Assembly (NCBI GenBank): GCA_903917955.1
Contig: CAIXCO010000280.1
Coordinates: 3,450 to 67,449, forward strand
Origin: an uncultured Chlorobiaceae bacterium
Lineage (GTDB): Bacteria > Bacteroidota > Chlorobiia > Chlorobiales > Chlorobiaceae
DNA length: 64,000 nucleotides
Reading direction: 5' to 3'
Shown piece by piece: positions 54,696 through 64,000 of this stretch. Under the pieces are notes generated by a model. The model did no database searches. It was given only the letters and a program-made list of their open reading frames with translations, and was not told the DNA's origin. Position 1 is the first letter of the stretch; every line of letters begins with the position of its first letter. A program made the translations under genes and the position numbers.

Positions 54696-57600
54696 CAGGA
54701 TTCCGGAAACCTGGAAAGAATTTTTATGATCCCTCCCAATACTCTTAACAAATCTTGATTTTGTGAAGCGAATGAAGAAGAATAATCATTGATATCTTTT
54801 TCAAGAACATTACCAAAATCGAGCTGCGGGTAGCTATTCATAAGCGTCTCCCATAACTCATTAAATTGAGAGAGGTTGGAAATAATGATCTCAAAAGTTG
54901 GCCCCGGGATCTCCTTGTCGCACCTGACCAGATTGAGCATGAGCATCATCAATACACGCAGCAACTTTTCCAGTACTCTTGCTGCCTCCTGCTGATCGGT
55001 GGTCAACCGAAATTGGTAGATCTTGTCGAGAAGTTTAGCGATCATTTCAATGCAAGCGGCCTTCTGATTTTGATCATTGTTCCCGACCGCAGCCTTCGCA
55101 TCATTAAGACTAATTATGGCATTTTGGTATAAATCCGATAACAATCTATTCTTCAAATTAATGACCGTTTGACTATCTATCTTCAACTCCCCGGCTTTAT
55201 TCTCAATGAAATGGAGCACAAAATCCTTGCATGTATCGACCACGACTTGTGCCGGAACATCAACCATGAGGCTTTCCGAGGAACCACAGGGATCACCTGG
55301 AATGGTAACCGTTGCCAGGATCGTCTTGATTCCTTGCGCTTTCAGCTCTGATCTGCTGAATTCCAACGTGAATGAAGAGAGATCTGACTTCGTAACATCA
55401 CGTATGTCGCCATTAAATCTCCAGAGATAGGTATTCTTGCCAGGTGTCTCGTCAGTTTTATTGATGAATTCAACGCTGAACTTACCATCTCCGCTATCAG
55501 TAATTCTTGAGTCAAGTCGGATATCAACCGGCTTTTTCACGATGATGGTGCAGTCAGTCAACGCTCCGTCAAGGGTAAAGGTAACGGTTTGCCCAATTTT
55601 GTCATCCAGGACTTTAGAGGGATCAAAGGAGGGCTTGTCACCCGCAATGATGGAGTCTGGAGCTTCCGGTGAGGCAATCACCGCTCCTTTCGGAGAGTAC
55701 AGGCTGAAAGGTATTGGTTGCTGGTTATAGCAAACAGTGCTGGCTGGCAAGGCTAATAATTTTTTCTCCTTCGGTACAATAAAAGCCACCGGCGGACAGT
55801 CGGAACAGCAGATATAGGGCTGGCAGAAGTCAGCTATCACAATATCCGGCACTGGCGAATTCAGGTCACGGCAGAATACCTGACGGATATTGGCGATCTT
55901 TGTATTCAACTCCCGAATCAGGCTCTCTGAAGCAGGGCTTCCTGACCTTATTTTTTGAAAAGAGAAAAAATTGGAAAGCTCCACCTCTGTATCAAGACTC
56001 TTTTCATTACTGACGATATAATGAGCAAATGCATCCGTGTCCCTGTATTGCTGGGCGGTAAGCTCTCCTGTTGTAAAGAGTCCGGCGCCCGTCGTGATAT
56101 TTTTGGGCCGTAACTCACCAGGAAGCTGCTGACTTGTTCGGGGAGTCGGGGACGCAGTATAAACAAGCACGAAAGTGCCTCCGCGATGCACACCCGACTT
56201 GTGTTCAAGGCCAGGATGCTGCTCTGCGTACCGGGCAAAAGAGATACGCTGCAAAAGTTCTGCCTTGCGCTTTTCAATCTCCCGCATGATCACTTCAAGC
56301 TTCTCATTGCCACAGCACAATCCTTGAAGCCTTGCCACCATATTCAGGTAGTTACTCTCATAACCCCTTGAAGGGTATTTTTCTGATGTGAAAAACCCTT
56401 CGAGCCTTGTGCGCATGACCTTGAGCCTCTTGCAGAAAGTCTGGCTGAACTCCCTGTAACCGGTAATCAGAGTATCATTAATATCTCCGATATAGGCTGG
56501 AATGAACCGCTGGATATAATTCAGGTGTCCGATAATCTGCATCGGGTATTCAAAGCGTACGAAGTTCTCGTTCTCGTCTTTCAGTAAAGCGATAACATCG
56601 GGAGCAGTATCAAGGCTGGCCAGTTTGCGCGATTTCTCCATAAACTCATCAACGGAAACCGACTCGTTCTCCAATGCCTTGGTAAAATATTTTTTTCCGA
56701 ATGTATCCGGATTTTGATCGATTTTTGTCGTGACGATCCGATTGACGGCAAAAACCGCATTGGTGGGTGAATCGCAAAAATTGAAGGATTGATTGGAAAT
56801 GTTGGCGTTCACTGCACTCGCCTGAACCGGATCGGCCTCGGTTGACGAGGTAACCACGCTCCTGACATTTACTTTAGTGGCACTCTCCGCTTTAACCAGA
56901 TTATCATCGATGACCCATTTCAAGGCTCCCTCAGCTCGATAAAGCTGAATATCGATGTGTGGCTGTTCTAACTTCGATGTAAATCCGGAAAAAAATCTGG
57001 CCCCATCCGATAACAGGCAGTTGATCTCAGCCTGAAAAGCCCGCAGCATCGTATTCAGGTCTTCAAAGTAACAGTCAAAATCATCGAGGTTGATATCAGA
57101 AAGCTTCACATCACCAAGGCGCAAGGCAACCACATCGAAGGGTATCCCTTTGGATGCCCTGAGTTCCTCAATATTTTTCAGTGCCGAGCTGAAATCTTTG
57201 CCGATATGACCTTCAATACGAAAGAAATTATAGGGATCAATGTCATAGTCAAGCGGATTGAGTGCCTCATCACGGATAGGCGCATCGTATTTATCGGCAT
57301 TATATGACAGATTCAGCTTATCCTGCGCCTTGAGGGTACGACTGTAGTTCCACTCTTTTGAAAGTGATGATATGTTTTTAAAATAGAAGGGAATAGCTCG
57401 CTCAGCCAGAGGCTGGTCATAATCACGGGTTGGAGTTATCTTGATAGTGCTGACGGTTTCGGGGCTGAAGTTTTCAATAAGCAGCTTCAACCGGTTAAGC
57501 ATCCCGATAGCGACATTCACCTGCACCTTGTTCTTGCTTACGGCCGGAGAGGGATAAAACTGATGACGGTATTCGGGCGGCTGGGGGCCATAAGCGATAT

Positions 57601-58624
57601 TTGGCGCACCAAGCATGACGTGCTTGGGAAACGCATAAAGATTGGGATAACATTCAAACGCAACGTTGTACAGCACCTCCCTCAACTCATTGTATGCAAC
57701 CAAAACATCCTTGTAAAAATCATAAGTGTACTGGCCGTAGAGGGTATTGGTCGCGGTGGAAAGCAGCGTCGTCAATTGACCGGTCAGGGTATCAATACTG
57801 ATCACCCCTCCTTTGTCAATAAGAAAGCGGAATGCCGTGTAAAGCTTCTTGATGGCCTCCGAAAGAGCTGTGCATCCATTCCTGGCAGCAGTAAAGTAGG
57901 TACCCGCCAGTGTGGTGCTCGTCAGGGTATTGGCACTGTTCAGGATGACCCTTCTGGCACGAAGAACCGGAAAGGTAAAATAGCTGTCATAGGCTTCATG
58001 GTATTTCAGATAGATGTCATCCCCGATGGTCTCGTCATTATCCTTGTGAATGACCTTGTCCATATCAGTTTTGGACATGATGAGCACCTTCGGCCTGGAG
58101 ACCTGACGAATCCCCATATTGTCACAATTGGTGGGCGTGCATTTCTCCGGGTTTTTCAGGTAATACTCCAGATAGAGGACAGCTACCCAGTCATGGATGA
58201 TGGTACTGAGATTGTTGACCTCATATACCGTTCTCCCGCTGTTGAGTGAGTTCCTCTCCTCCTCAGTCAGCAACTGGTAAAGGGTGACCATCTTCTCAAC
58301 ACCGCTCTCTTTGTAATAGAACGGATCATAATGGCCGTTATCGGGCGGCACATAGTTGGTGAAATATTTGTGCGAGATGGCTGCCGGGATTGCAAGCAAA
58401 TCCCCATCTGTGGTCACGGCAACTCCAGGGCTCAGGGTAACGATATGTCCACTCAGCCTGAGATGCAGGCCACAAACAATCCCGGTACCAATGAGACAAG
58501 TACGAGTGAGCCGATGCTGGTCTTCAAAAACATCAATAATCTCATTCAACTGTACTTCCGTGAGCACCTGATCCTTGACAAACCGGCTGTATTCCCGGTT
58601 TAGTATCTCGAGCTGAAGTTCCAT
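54695..58624 (-). CDS. Large eCIS structural protein (baseplate-associated / tail-fibre-like, PKD-like C-terminal segment)
   Basis: FVKDQVLT..QLN, RLTR..LIG.GIVCGL, GVAVTTDG, HPGLEHKSGV.RGGTFVLVY; lies between baseplate J and tape measure genes. Confidence 0.65.
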   Translation of the reverse strand: MELQLEILNREYSRFVKDQVLTEVQLNEIIDVFEDQHRLTRTCLIGTGIVCGLHLRLSGHIVTLSPGVAVTTDGDLLAIPAAISHKYFTNYVPPDNGHYDPFYYKESGVEKMVTLYQLLTEEERNSLNSGRTVYEVNNLSTIIHDWVAVLYLEYYLKNPEKCTPTNCDNMGIRQVSRPKVLIMSKTDMDKVIHKDNDETIGDDIYLKYHEAYDSYFTFPVLRARRVILNSANTLTSTTLAGTYFTAARNGCTALSEAIKKLYTAFRFLIDKGGVISIDTLTGQLTTLLSTATNTLYGQYTYDFYKDVLVAYNELREVLYNVAFECYPNLYAFPKHVMLGAPNIAYGPQPPEYRHQFYPSPAVSKNKVQVNVAIGMLNRLKLLIENFSPETVSTIKITPTRDYDQPLAERAIPFYFKNISSLSKEWNYSRTLKAQDKLNLSYNADKYDAPIRDEALNPLDYDIDPYNFFRIEGHIGKDFSSALKNIEELRASKGIPFDVVALRLGDVKLSDINLDDFDCYFEDLNTMLRAFQAEINCLLSDGARFFSGFTSKLEQPHIDIQLYRAEGALKWVIDDNLVKAESATKVNVRSVVTSSTEADPVQASAVNANISNQSFNFCDSPTNAVFAVNRIVTTKIDQNPDTFGKKYFTKALENESVSVDEFMEKSRKLASLDTAPDVIALLKDENENFVRFEYPMQIIGHLNYIQRFIPAYIGDINDTLITGYREFSQTFCKRLKVMRTRLEGFFTSEKYPSRGYESNYLNMVARLQGLCCGNEKLEVIMREIEKRKAELLQRISFARYAEQHPGLEHKSGVHRGGTFVLVYTASPTPRTSQQLPGELRPKNITTGAGLFTTGELTAQQYRDTDAFAHYIVSNEKSLDTEVELSNFFSFQKIRSGSPASESLIRELNTKIANIRQVFCRDLNSPVPDIVIADFCQPYICCSDCPPVAFIVPKEKKLLALPASTVCYNQQPIPFSLYSPKGAVIASPEAPDSIIAGDKPSFDPSKVLDDKIGQTVTFTLDGALTDCTIIVKKPVDIRLDSRITDSGDGKFSVEFINKTDETPGKNTYLWRFNGDIRDVTKSDLSSFTLEFSRSELKAQGIKTILATVTIPGDPCGSSESLMVDVPAQVVVDTCKDFVLHFIENKAGELKIDSQTVINLKNRLLSDLYQNAIISLNDAKAAVGNNDQNQKAACIEMIAKLLDKIYQFRLTTDQQEAARVLEKLLRVLMMLMLNLVRCDKEIPGPTFEIIISNLSQFNELWETLMNSYPQLDFGNVLEKDINDYSSSFASQNQDLLRVLGGIIKILSRFPES

Positions 58625-58701
58625 ATTGCGTAATATTATATTGACTGGATAATCTGTTTAAGCACTCAGTGCACATTCCCCGAAACATTAGTTGTTCTCT
58701 T

Positions 58702-61515
58702 CTAGCTTGGTTGTGAATCGCTTTCGAGTGACCCTAATCGCGAACTGCCGAGCACCACGGGGTTCTTTTCCGGGGTGTCATCATCACAGTCGGTGAGGCG
58801 CCCCTCCTCATACACGGTAAACATCTCCTCAATCACCGTGATAAGTTCCATCAGAACCGAGTCGGTGACCTGCTTGAGCGGATCCGGGGAATTATGCCTT
58901 CCATTCAGCCATTTGGTATAGGCATCTTCAAATCTTTTCATGTACTCTTCATTGACAAAACAGATGCGTGGCAATACATGCGCAGGGCTCTCCATGCGAA
59001 TAAGTCGTTCAGCGAACTGCCGGAAATACTTGTTTCGCAATCGCATGCTGTAACCGGGCAACACCACGGTAACCCGAAAAGAATAAGGGTCAAGAGGAGA
59101 ACAATAAGAACCATCCTGCTCAATACAAACCGGAAAAAAGAGTTGACTCTTTGACGGCAGAATAGTGAAATCGGGCCTCAGCAAGAGGTGGTCAACCACG
59201 TACATCCCTTCCAGCCTGAACTCTTCGAGCAAGTAGTGGATGGACGCCTTGATGTTTTTTTCAAGCAGGGAATACGTGCCTGTATCTATTTCTCCGGCCA
59301 ATACCGAATATTTCTTGTGATTCAACGCAATATCCTGCTGTTTTGTATCAAGAAGGCTGAAGGATACTTTCTTGCGATCGGGAGTCAATACCGGTTTATA
59401 ATAGTCGCGCTCACAGCCCAGCAGACTGGCCAGCCCCAACTCTTCATAAGCATCGGCTTTTTTCAGAAACGCCTTGTTCACGCTCTCGAAAAGAATGACG
59501 CCTCCCATCCTGATTATCCATCCGTAGCGCTGCACCAGTGTAGAAACACCATTGACGAGCACGATCACCTTACTGGTTTCAACCACCTGATACGACTGGC
59601 CGGAAAGGTGATGGCGATTGTAGTGGTTGAATCCCAGCAGGCGGGAGGCCCTCTTTTCCATGCCCGGCACATTGGCGAGCATCGCCGTTGCAGAGCGGGG
59701 ATTATAATAGTCGAAGCCGCTGCCCCTGGAGGTACTCATGTTGTCATAATCTTTCAGAAAATCAACCTTGTGGCGAATGATGGTTCGGTCGGCATCCTCC
59801 GCATACAACCTGTGCATCAGAAAGACGTAGTCGCTGAAATGCTCGGAAAACCTGGCCAGCAGATGGTCCAGGAACATGTTCTTCCGGGTGATATAGGGAT
59901 CCAGTCCTTTGCTCAGGAGCAGTGTTTCCACATCCTGCTGCCAGTGATCAAAATCATGGAAAATTTTTTCCTCACGGGCAATTCCCTGGACTACATTGGC
60001 AAAATAGGTTCTGGCTATGGTTTTATCGGCTGAAAAGAGCACACTGACGTTGGCAAGTTGGGCAAAGTAGTTGGCAAGCACCTGCTCAAAGAAAAGGAGG
60101 TAGGCTTTCAACTGCTTTGCCTGCGACTTTCTTTGTGTCGAGGCGCTTTCTGACAGCCCCACCCGGCCAATTCCGTAGGTTTCCGGAAAATGGTTCTGGA
60201 AGGTCTGGTAATCGCTGATGTCTCGAAAAACACCTTCCGGCATCGGGATGTCTTCCGTCAGTTTTGACTGCATCACCTTTTTCCGATCCTTACGCAAAGC
60301 ATCAAGCTTCTCCATTGCCTGCACCTTCTTCAGCTCGATGGGCATCACCTCTTTCCAGAGGTTCAGAACAGAATTATCAGTGCAAAATACCGGTTTATGA
60401 CCTGACGGAATACACAGGTTCCATTTATCACCGGCTACGGCCTTGCGTACCTTGTCCATCTCTTTTTCATCGCACCCGCACAGACCAAAGGTGATTTCTT
60501 TCACCAATTTCACTCCATTGGTCTCCATGATGATGCGAATAATGTCGCTTAATCGGACTTCCGTGCGAAGATCACTTTTAACAAGATCTTCATGACAGAT
60601 AAATCCCTTCTTCAAGAACGGGTTCCCATGCGTTTTATACGTATAGGTATCATCAAAACTGAAAACGGGACCTTCAAAAATCTCGTCGGTGCTCTTGCCC
60701 ATCTCCTGCATTTCCTGAAGCGTGTAAAACGGAACATCCGGAGCCAGATACTGGTTGATGTTGAAAACAATCTGTGCCCAGACCTGCTCCGGATCGGCTG
60801 TTGGTTCAATATCGATATCGCCGCAAACGACAACTCCTTCCAACGACACCTCCTGCAGGGTATCGATATCTTCGCAAAGGTTCCTGTAACGTTGATAAAT
60901 CTCGAGTACCCTGCGGGCTATCTTTTTCTTTTTCTTTACAATGAGCTGTTTCTGTGTTGACTCATCCTGCTTTTTGTCTTCATCCGTCAAAAGTGATGAT
61001 TCATCATAATCCAACAGTATCTTATTCAGCCCCTGGAGTTTAAACTCTTTGGAATTTTGGGGCGCGACGATTTCGCCGGAAGCTTTGTAGTGCAACTCTG
61101 CTCTACCCGGTTGAGCAAGGTTCCTGAATTGAGCGACAATCCGGCGATCAGATGCCCTGATCCATGCATTGCGCACCCCGCCAACCCTGACAAATAGCTG
61201 TCGGTAATCGTCAGCGCTCACTGGACTGGATGGGAGAGCATGGATGGCCGAAAGAAAATGGCTGTGCATCTCCTTCAGGTTCTCCTTTGGTTTGGCCAGA
61301 ATCTCCTCAACCGGCATGGCAATCCGGTAACCGAGGTCGGTAATGGCGTAGCAGAGCACCTCAAGCATAGTCACACCCGGATCATGGGTATTATAATCCG
61401 TCCACAGCGTATGGGCAAGCTCTTCAATATATCTCATCCCTTCCCCGCGCAGAAATGCGAAGTCCTTGCCATATTCGCCACTGATCTCCTTCGGTATGGT
61501 CTGGCTCTCATTCAT
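58702..61515 (-). CDS. eCIS baseplate protein (Afp12-like)
   Basis: WTDYNTHDPGVTMLEVLCYAITDLGYR, RNLCED, QLKAYLLFFEQVLANY, FLDHLLARF, PAHV. Confidence 0.85.
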   Translation of the reverse strand: MNESQTIPKEISGEYGKDFAFLRGEGMRYIEELAHTLWTDYNTHDPGVTMLEVLCYAITDLGYRIAMPVEEILAKPKENLKEMHSHFLSAIHALPSSPVSADDYRQLFVRVGGVRNAWIRASDRRIVAQFRNLAQPGRAELHYKASGEIVAPQNSKEFKLQGLNKILLDYDESSLLTDEDKKQDESTQKQLIVKKKKKIARRVLEIYQRYRNLCEDIDTLQEVSLEGVVVCGDIDIEPTADPEQVWAQIVFNINQYLAPDVPFYTLQEMQEMGKSTDEIFEGPVFSFDDTYTYKTHGNPFLKKGFICHEDLVKSDLRTEVRLSDIIRIIMETNGVKLVKEITFGLCGCDEKEMDKVRKAVAGDKWNLCIPSGHKPVFCTDNSVLNLWKEVMPIELKKVQAMEKLDALRKDRKKVMQSKLTEDIPMPEGVFRDISDYQTFQNHFPETYGIGRVGLSESASTQRKSQAKQLKAYLLFFEQVLANYFAQLANVSVLFSADKTIARTYFANVVQGIAREEKIFHDFDHWQQDVETLLLSKGLDPYITRKNMFLDHLLARFSEHFSDYVFLMHRLYAEDADRTIIRHKVDFLKDYDNMSTSRGSGFDYYNPRSATAMLANVPGMEKRASRLLGFNHYNRHHLSGQSYQVVETSKVIVLVNGVSTLVQRYGWIIRMGGVILFESVNKAFLKKADAYEELGLASLLGCERDYYKPVLTPDRKKVSFSLLDTKQQDIALNHKKYSVLAGEIDTGTYSLLEKNIKASIHYLLEEFRLEGMYVVDHLLLRPDFTILPSKSQLFFPVCIEQDGSYCSPLDPYSFRVTVVLPGYSMRLRNKYFRQFAERLIRMESPAHVLPRICFVNEEYMKRFEDAYTKWLNGRHNSPDPLKQVTDSVLMELITVIEEMFTVYEEGRLTDCDDDTPEKNPVVLGSSRLGSLESDSQPS

Positions 61516-64000
61516 AGCACACCGTCCCTTTTTCAATTAATACAATGGTGTGTTCAGGGGCAGAGACCAGAATAGCTCTGGCGCTGCGAGCCGTGATCTC
61601 ATTGCAGTCTGTCATATTGTTATCTCTCCCTTCAACCCGGTGGTACATCTTGAAATGGGATACGAAATCAACGTATTTGCGTTCCTCAATGAACCGGATG
61701 ATGACGCTTTTGAACAGCTTCCCCCCAAAATGGATATCTGAAAAATCGCCGAAAGCCCAAGGTGAAAGGTATCGGACGATATCATCATTGAGCACCTTCC
61801 GATATGCATTCGCGTCATATCTGTCATAAAATTTAACCCTGAAATCAAGGAGAACGGTTTCATAATCGGGGTTGATCGCATCAAATTTGATATGCAACGA
61901 GTTCAGGTTATTAATGAAATTCTCGATCTCGCGGAGAAGGTTCTGGCTTGCCCGGGGTTGCAGGGGATCAAAAATGTTCTTGTTCCGGATATCGGGAATG
62001 ACCACCAGTGAAACTGAGCCCGGAGCCTGTTCGCAATACTTTGCTGTGCCATCCTCTTTCAGGGCAGAGGTGTGGCTGAGGCATTTCACTTTGTAGACGG
62101 ATGGGTACTGTTGCAACACAAGCCGTTCATAATCCCAGAGAGTTACCGCCCTTTGCTTGTGGCGCAGCCGTTCACTGACACGAAGATAAAAGGCGTTATC
62201 ATTTTCTGCTGTAACACCACCAAAGGATGCGAATGGCTGGCTGATTCCTTTGATAAGCGCTGGCTTGTCGATGATCTTGACAATGGTACTGGCGGGCAAC
62301 GCTGAAGACAAATGCGAAAGCTCATTACCATTGTCGGCAAAGAGTGCCGCAGCTGCCTGCGCAAAAACCCCTGCAAGCTGACACACCGAGGTATGAATAA
62401 GCCCGACCGGCAAGGAGGCCTTCAGCCAGAGGTATCCTGAATCGAGCAGGGTATTGCTCTCATTAATCGACGCCGGTAACAGGAATGTTACAATTCCCGA
62501 ACGGAGCAGGTTGTTGGTGCTGTCGGCGGTGAGAAAATCCCTGTTCAGCGCTTTCCATTCGTTATTTGAAAGGGCGTACCATGCGATTTTCTGCTCTTTG
62601 CCGAAGGTCGGCGCAAGAGGATCCTCGCTCCCCTCCTCCGCTTCCAGCAACAGGCTCAGAAGCCCGGATGGCTGGGCACTCTTCAGCCCTATGTAAAATT
62701 CACCTTCCGGAGAATAAGAGGGCACCAGAGCAATGTTGCGTTGAGAGGTGGGGTCGATAAAATCACATTGCTCCTTCAGAAATAGATGCTGCTCGGCCTG
62801 GCCGAAGGGATGCTCATGGAAAAGCTGGATGGCACGAGCAGTGAAGTCATCGTATTTGTCTTTCGGTTGAGCTGATTCATAGAAAACGAATGAGTTTTGA
62901 GCCGTAGCCTGGTACTCCACGGTCATGGAAGCAATAACCGGAGTATAGGGCTCTCTGGCCAGCTTTGCATCAGAAGACTGCGACTTGGTATCAGAAGCCT
63001 GCGGCTTGGCATCAGAAGCCTGCAGATCTATTTTGGACTTGTCGATCATGAACAGCATCATCAGCGGAACATAAAGGTCATGCAGAAAACCCTGCTGCAA
63101 CATCAGCCGGATATAACCTGACTTGGTTGCTGGACTGAACTGATCAAGAGTCGTGGCCAGAGTGGGAAATCCAGGATTGAACCGGGCTGACTCAAACTTG
63201 GCTGAGATAGCAAGCGGCTTTTTTGCAACCGTATTGCCCGCCATCTGTACCGGTGGATTCAGATAACTCTGAAGAACGGCCTTGTTGATGTCGATCCCCT
63301 TTTTCATGAGCAACGGTGGAACAGTCGGCAGGATGAAGGCTGTCGTGTCAGAGACAGGTTTGATCTCCATCAGCGAAGTGAACAGCGATAAAGGCCCCCC
63401 CCCCTGAGACCATTTATTGTCTTTGATATACTGAGGGATGACCGTAAAATACTCTTCACCTGTTACAACCGCCGTTCCGCTGAGGCTCGGTGCTCCATTT
63501 GTGGTTCCATCTGTGGTTTTATATGCCGAATAATGCGTCGACAGTTTGCCGGGCTTGTCTTTCCAGTTGATGTCCAGCTTGACATAGTTCCACTTTTTCT
63601 GGAAAATTTCCGGGCTGCCGATATAAAAACAGGAATCTTTTTTGGGTATAGAACCAAAGGGATAAAATGGTTTGGATGGATCGAGCTTGCCCTGATCGTT
63701 TTCAACGGCGATATCCCTGGCCTCCTTTACCAAAACAGTAATCGTTGCCTCCTTGATGACCGCCCGGCTCAATGCAGCATAGACCAGGTATCCATCCTTG
63801 TTGGAGGTATTTACCAGCACCCTCATGATGGGCAGATTGGTGCTGAAACGCTCACCGTGAATCTTCGAATCGTAAGGGACAACCGCTTTCTCTGAAGTAT
63901 CGACTTTCAGCTTGAATTCAAGCTTCTCTTTGTTGACTGTTGTAACTTCCGTTACCGTTACCGCCATCCACTCCTTTTCCCCACTCAGGAACACATTGAG
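61508..64000 (-). CDS. eCIS baseplate J-like protein (Afp11-like), 5' end outside window
   Basis: PFYPFG, SFGG...E...FYLRVSERLRHKQRAVTLWDYERLVL, YLSPWA. Confidence 0.85.
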   Translation of the reverse strand, partial: LNVFLSGEKEWMAVTVTEVTTVNKEKLEFKLKVDTSEKAVVPYDSKIHGERFSTNLPIMRVLVNTSNKDGYLVYAALSRAVIKEATITVLVKEARDIAVENDQGKLDPSKPFYPFGSIPKKDSCFYIGSPEIFQKKWNYVKLDINWKDKPGKLSTHYSAYKTTDGTTNGAPSLSGTAVVTGEEYFTVIPQYIKDNKWSQGGGPLSLFTSLMEIKPVSDTTAFILPTVPPLLMKKGIDINKAVLQSYLNPPVQMAGNTVAKKPLAISAKFESARFNPGFPTLATTLDQFSPATKSGYIRLMLQQGFLHDLYVPLMMLFMIDKSKIDLQASDAKPQASDTKSQSSDAKLAREPYTPVIASMTVEYQATAQNSFVFYESAQPKDKYDDFTARAIQLFHEHPFGQAEQHLFLKEQCDFIDPTSQRNIALVPSYSPEGEFYIGLKSAQPSGLLSLLLEAEEGSEDPLAPTFGKEQKIAWYALSNNEWKALNRDFLTADSTNNLLRSGIVTFLLPASINESNTLLDSGYLWLKASLPVGLIHTSVCQLAGVFAQAAAALFADNGNELSHLSSALPASTIVKIIDKPALIKGISQPFASFGGVTAENDNAFYLRVSERLRHKQRAVTLWDYERLVLQQYPSVYKVKCLSHTSALKEDGTAKYCEQAPGSVSLVVIPDIRNKNIFDPLQPRASQNLLREIENFINNLNSLHIKFDAINPDYETVLLDFRVKFYDRYDANAYRKVLNDDIVRYLSPWAFGDFSDIHFGGKLFKSVIIRFIEERKYVDFVSHFKMYHRVEGRDNNMTDCNEITARSARAILVSAPEHTIVLIEKGTVCYE
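62963..63025. repeat. 21-bp tandem repeat x3 encoding QASDAKP-like units
   Basis: ctttgcatcagaagactgcga / cttggtatcagaagcctgcgg / cttggcatcagaagcctgcag. Confidence 0.85.

Noticed and set aside
34600-64000. DGR template repeat, avd or reverse transcriptase; retron RT for the PtuAB-like pair
   Set aside because: I found no AAC-rich second copy of the VR and no RT (YxDD) ORF in the window.

Overview
Green sulfur bacterium (Chlorobiaceae-like) chromosome segment with two distinct halves. Positions 1-34.5 kb are core genome: hemW (partial), gmhB, a degenerate glgA, bchJ, the dark protochlorophyllide reductase genes bchN-bchB-bchL, purA, engB, cysS, manC, rsmG, and the contiguous str-S10-spc-alpha ribosomal superoperon on the minus strand, with a tRNA-Gly(TCC) embedded between rplN and rplX. 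From about 34.6 kb, upstream of rpsL, lies an accessory island. It holds a hipA remnant, a RelE/ParE toxin-antitoxin pair, a dead IS630, IS1634 and Rpn remnants, a Septu-like ATPase+HNH pair with a Walker-B E>G substitution, and the 3' half of an extracellular contractile injection system (eCIS) locus. The strongest candidate for an undescribed system is the minus-strand operon at 37.3-41.6 kb: radical SAM, small SPASM-like protein, radical SAM/SPASM, GT9 glycosyltransferase, and a Tat-exported protein. That protein carries a Tyr/Ser repeat tract fused to a DUF1566 (C-type lectin fold) domain, whose 3' end looks like a DGR variable region followed by a GC hairpin. The inferred function is an enzymatically modified, hypervariable exported protein. 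No DGR reverse transcriptase or template repeat is visible in this window. All family calls come from motif recognition, not database searches.
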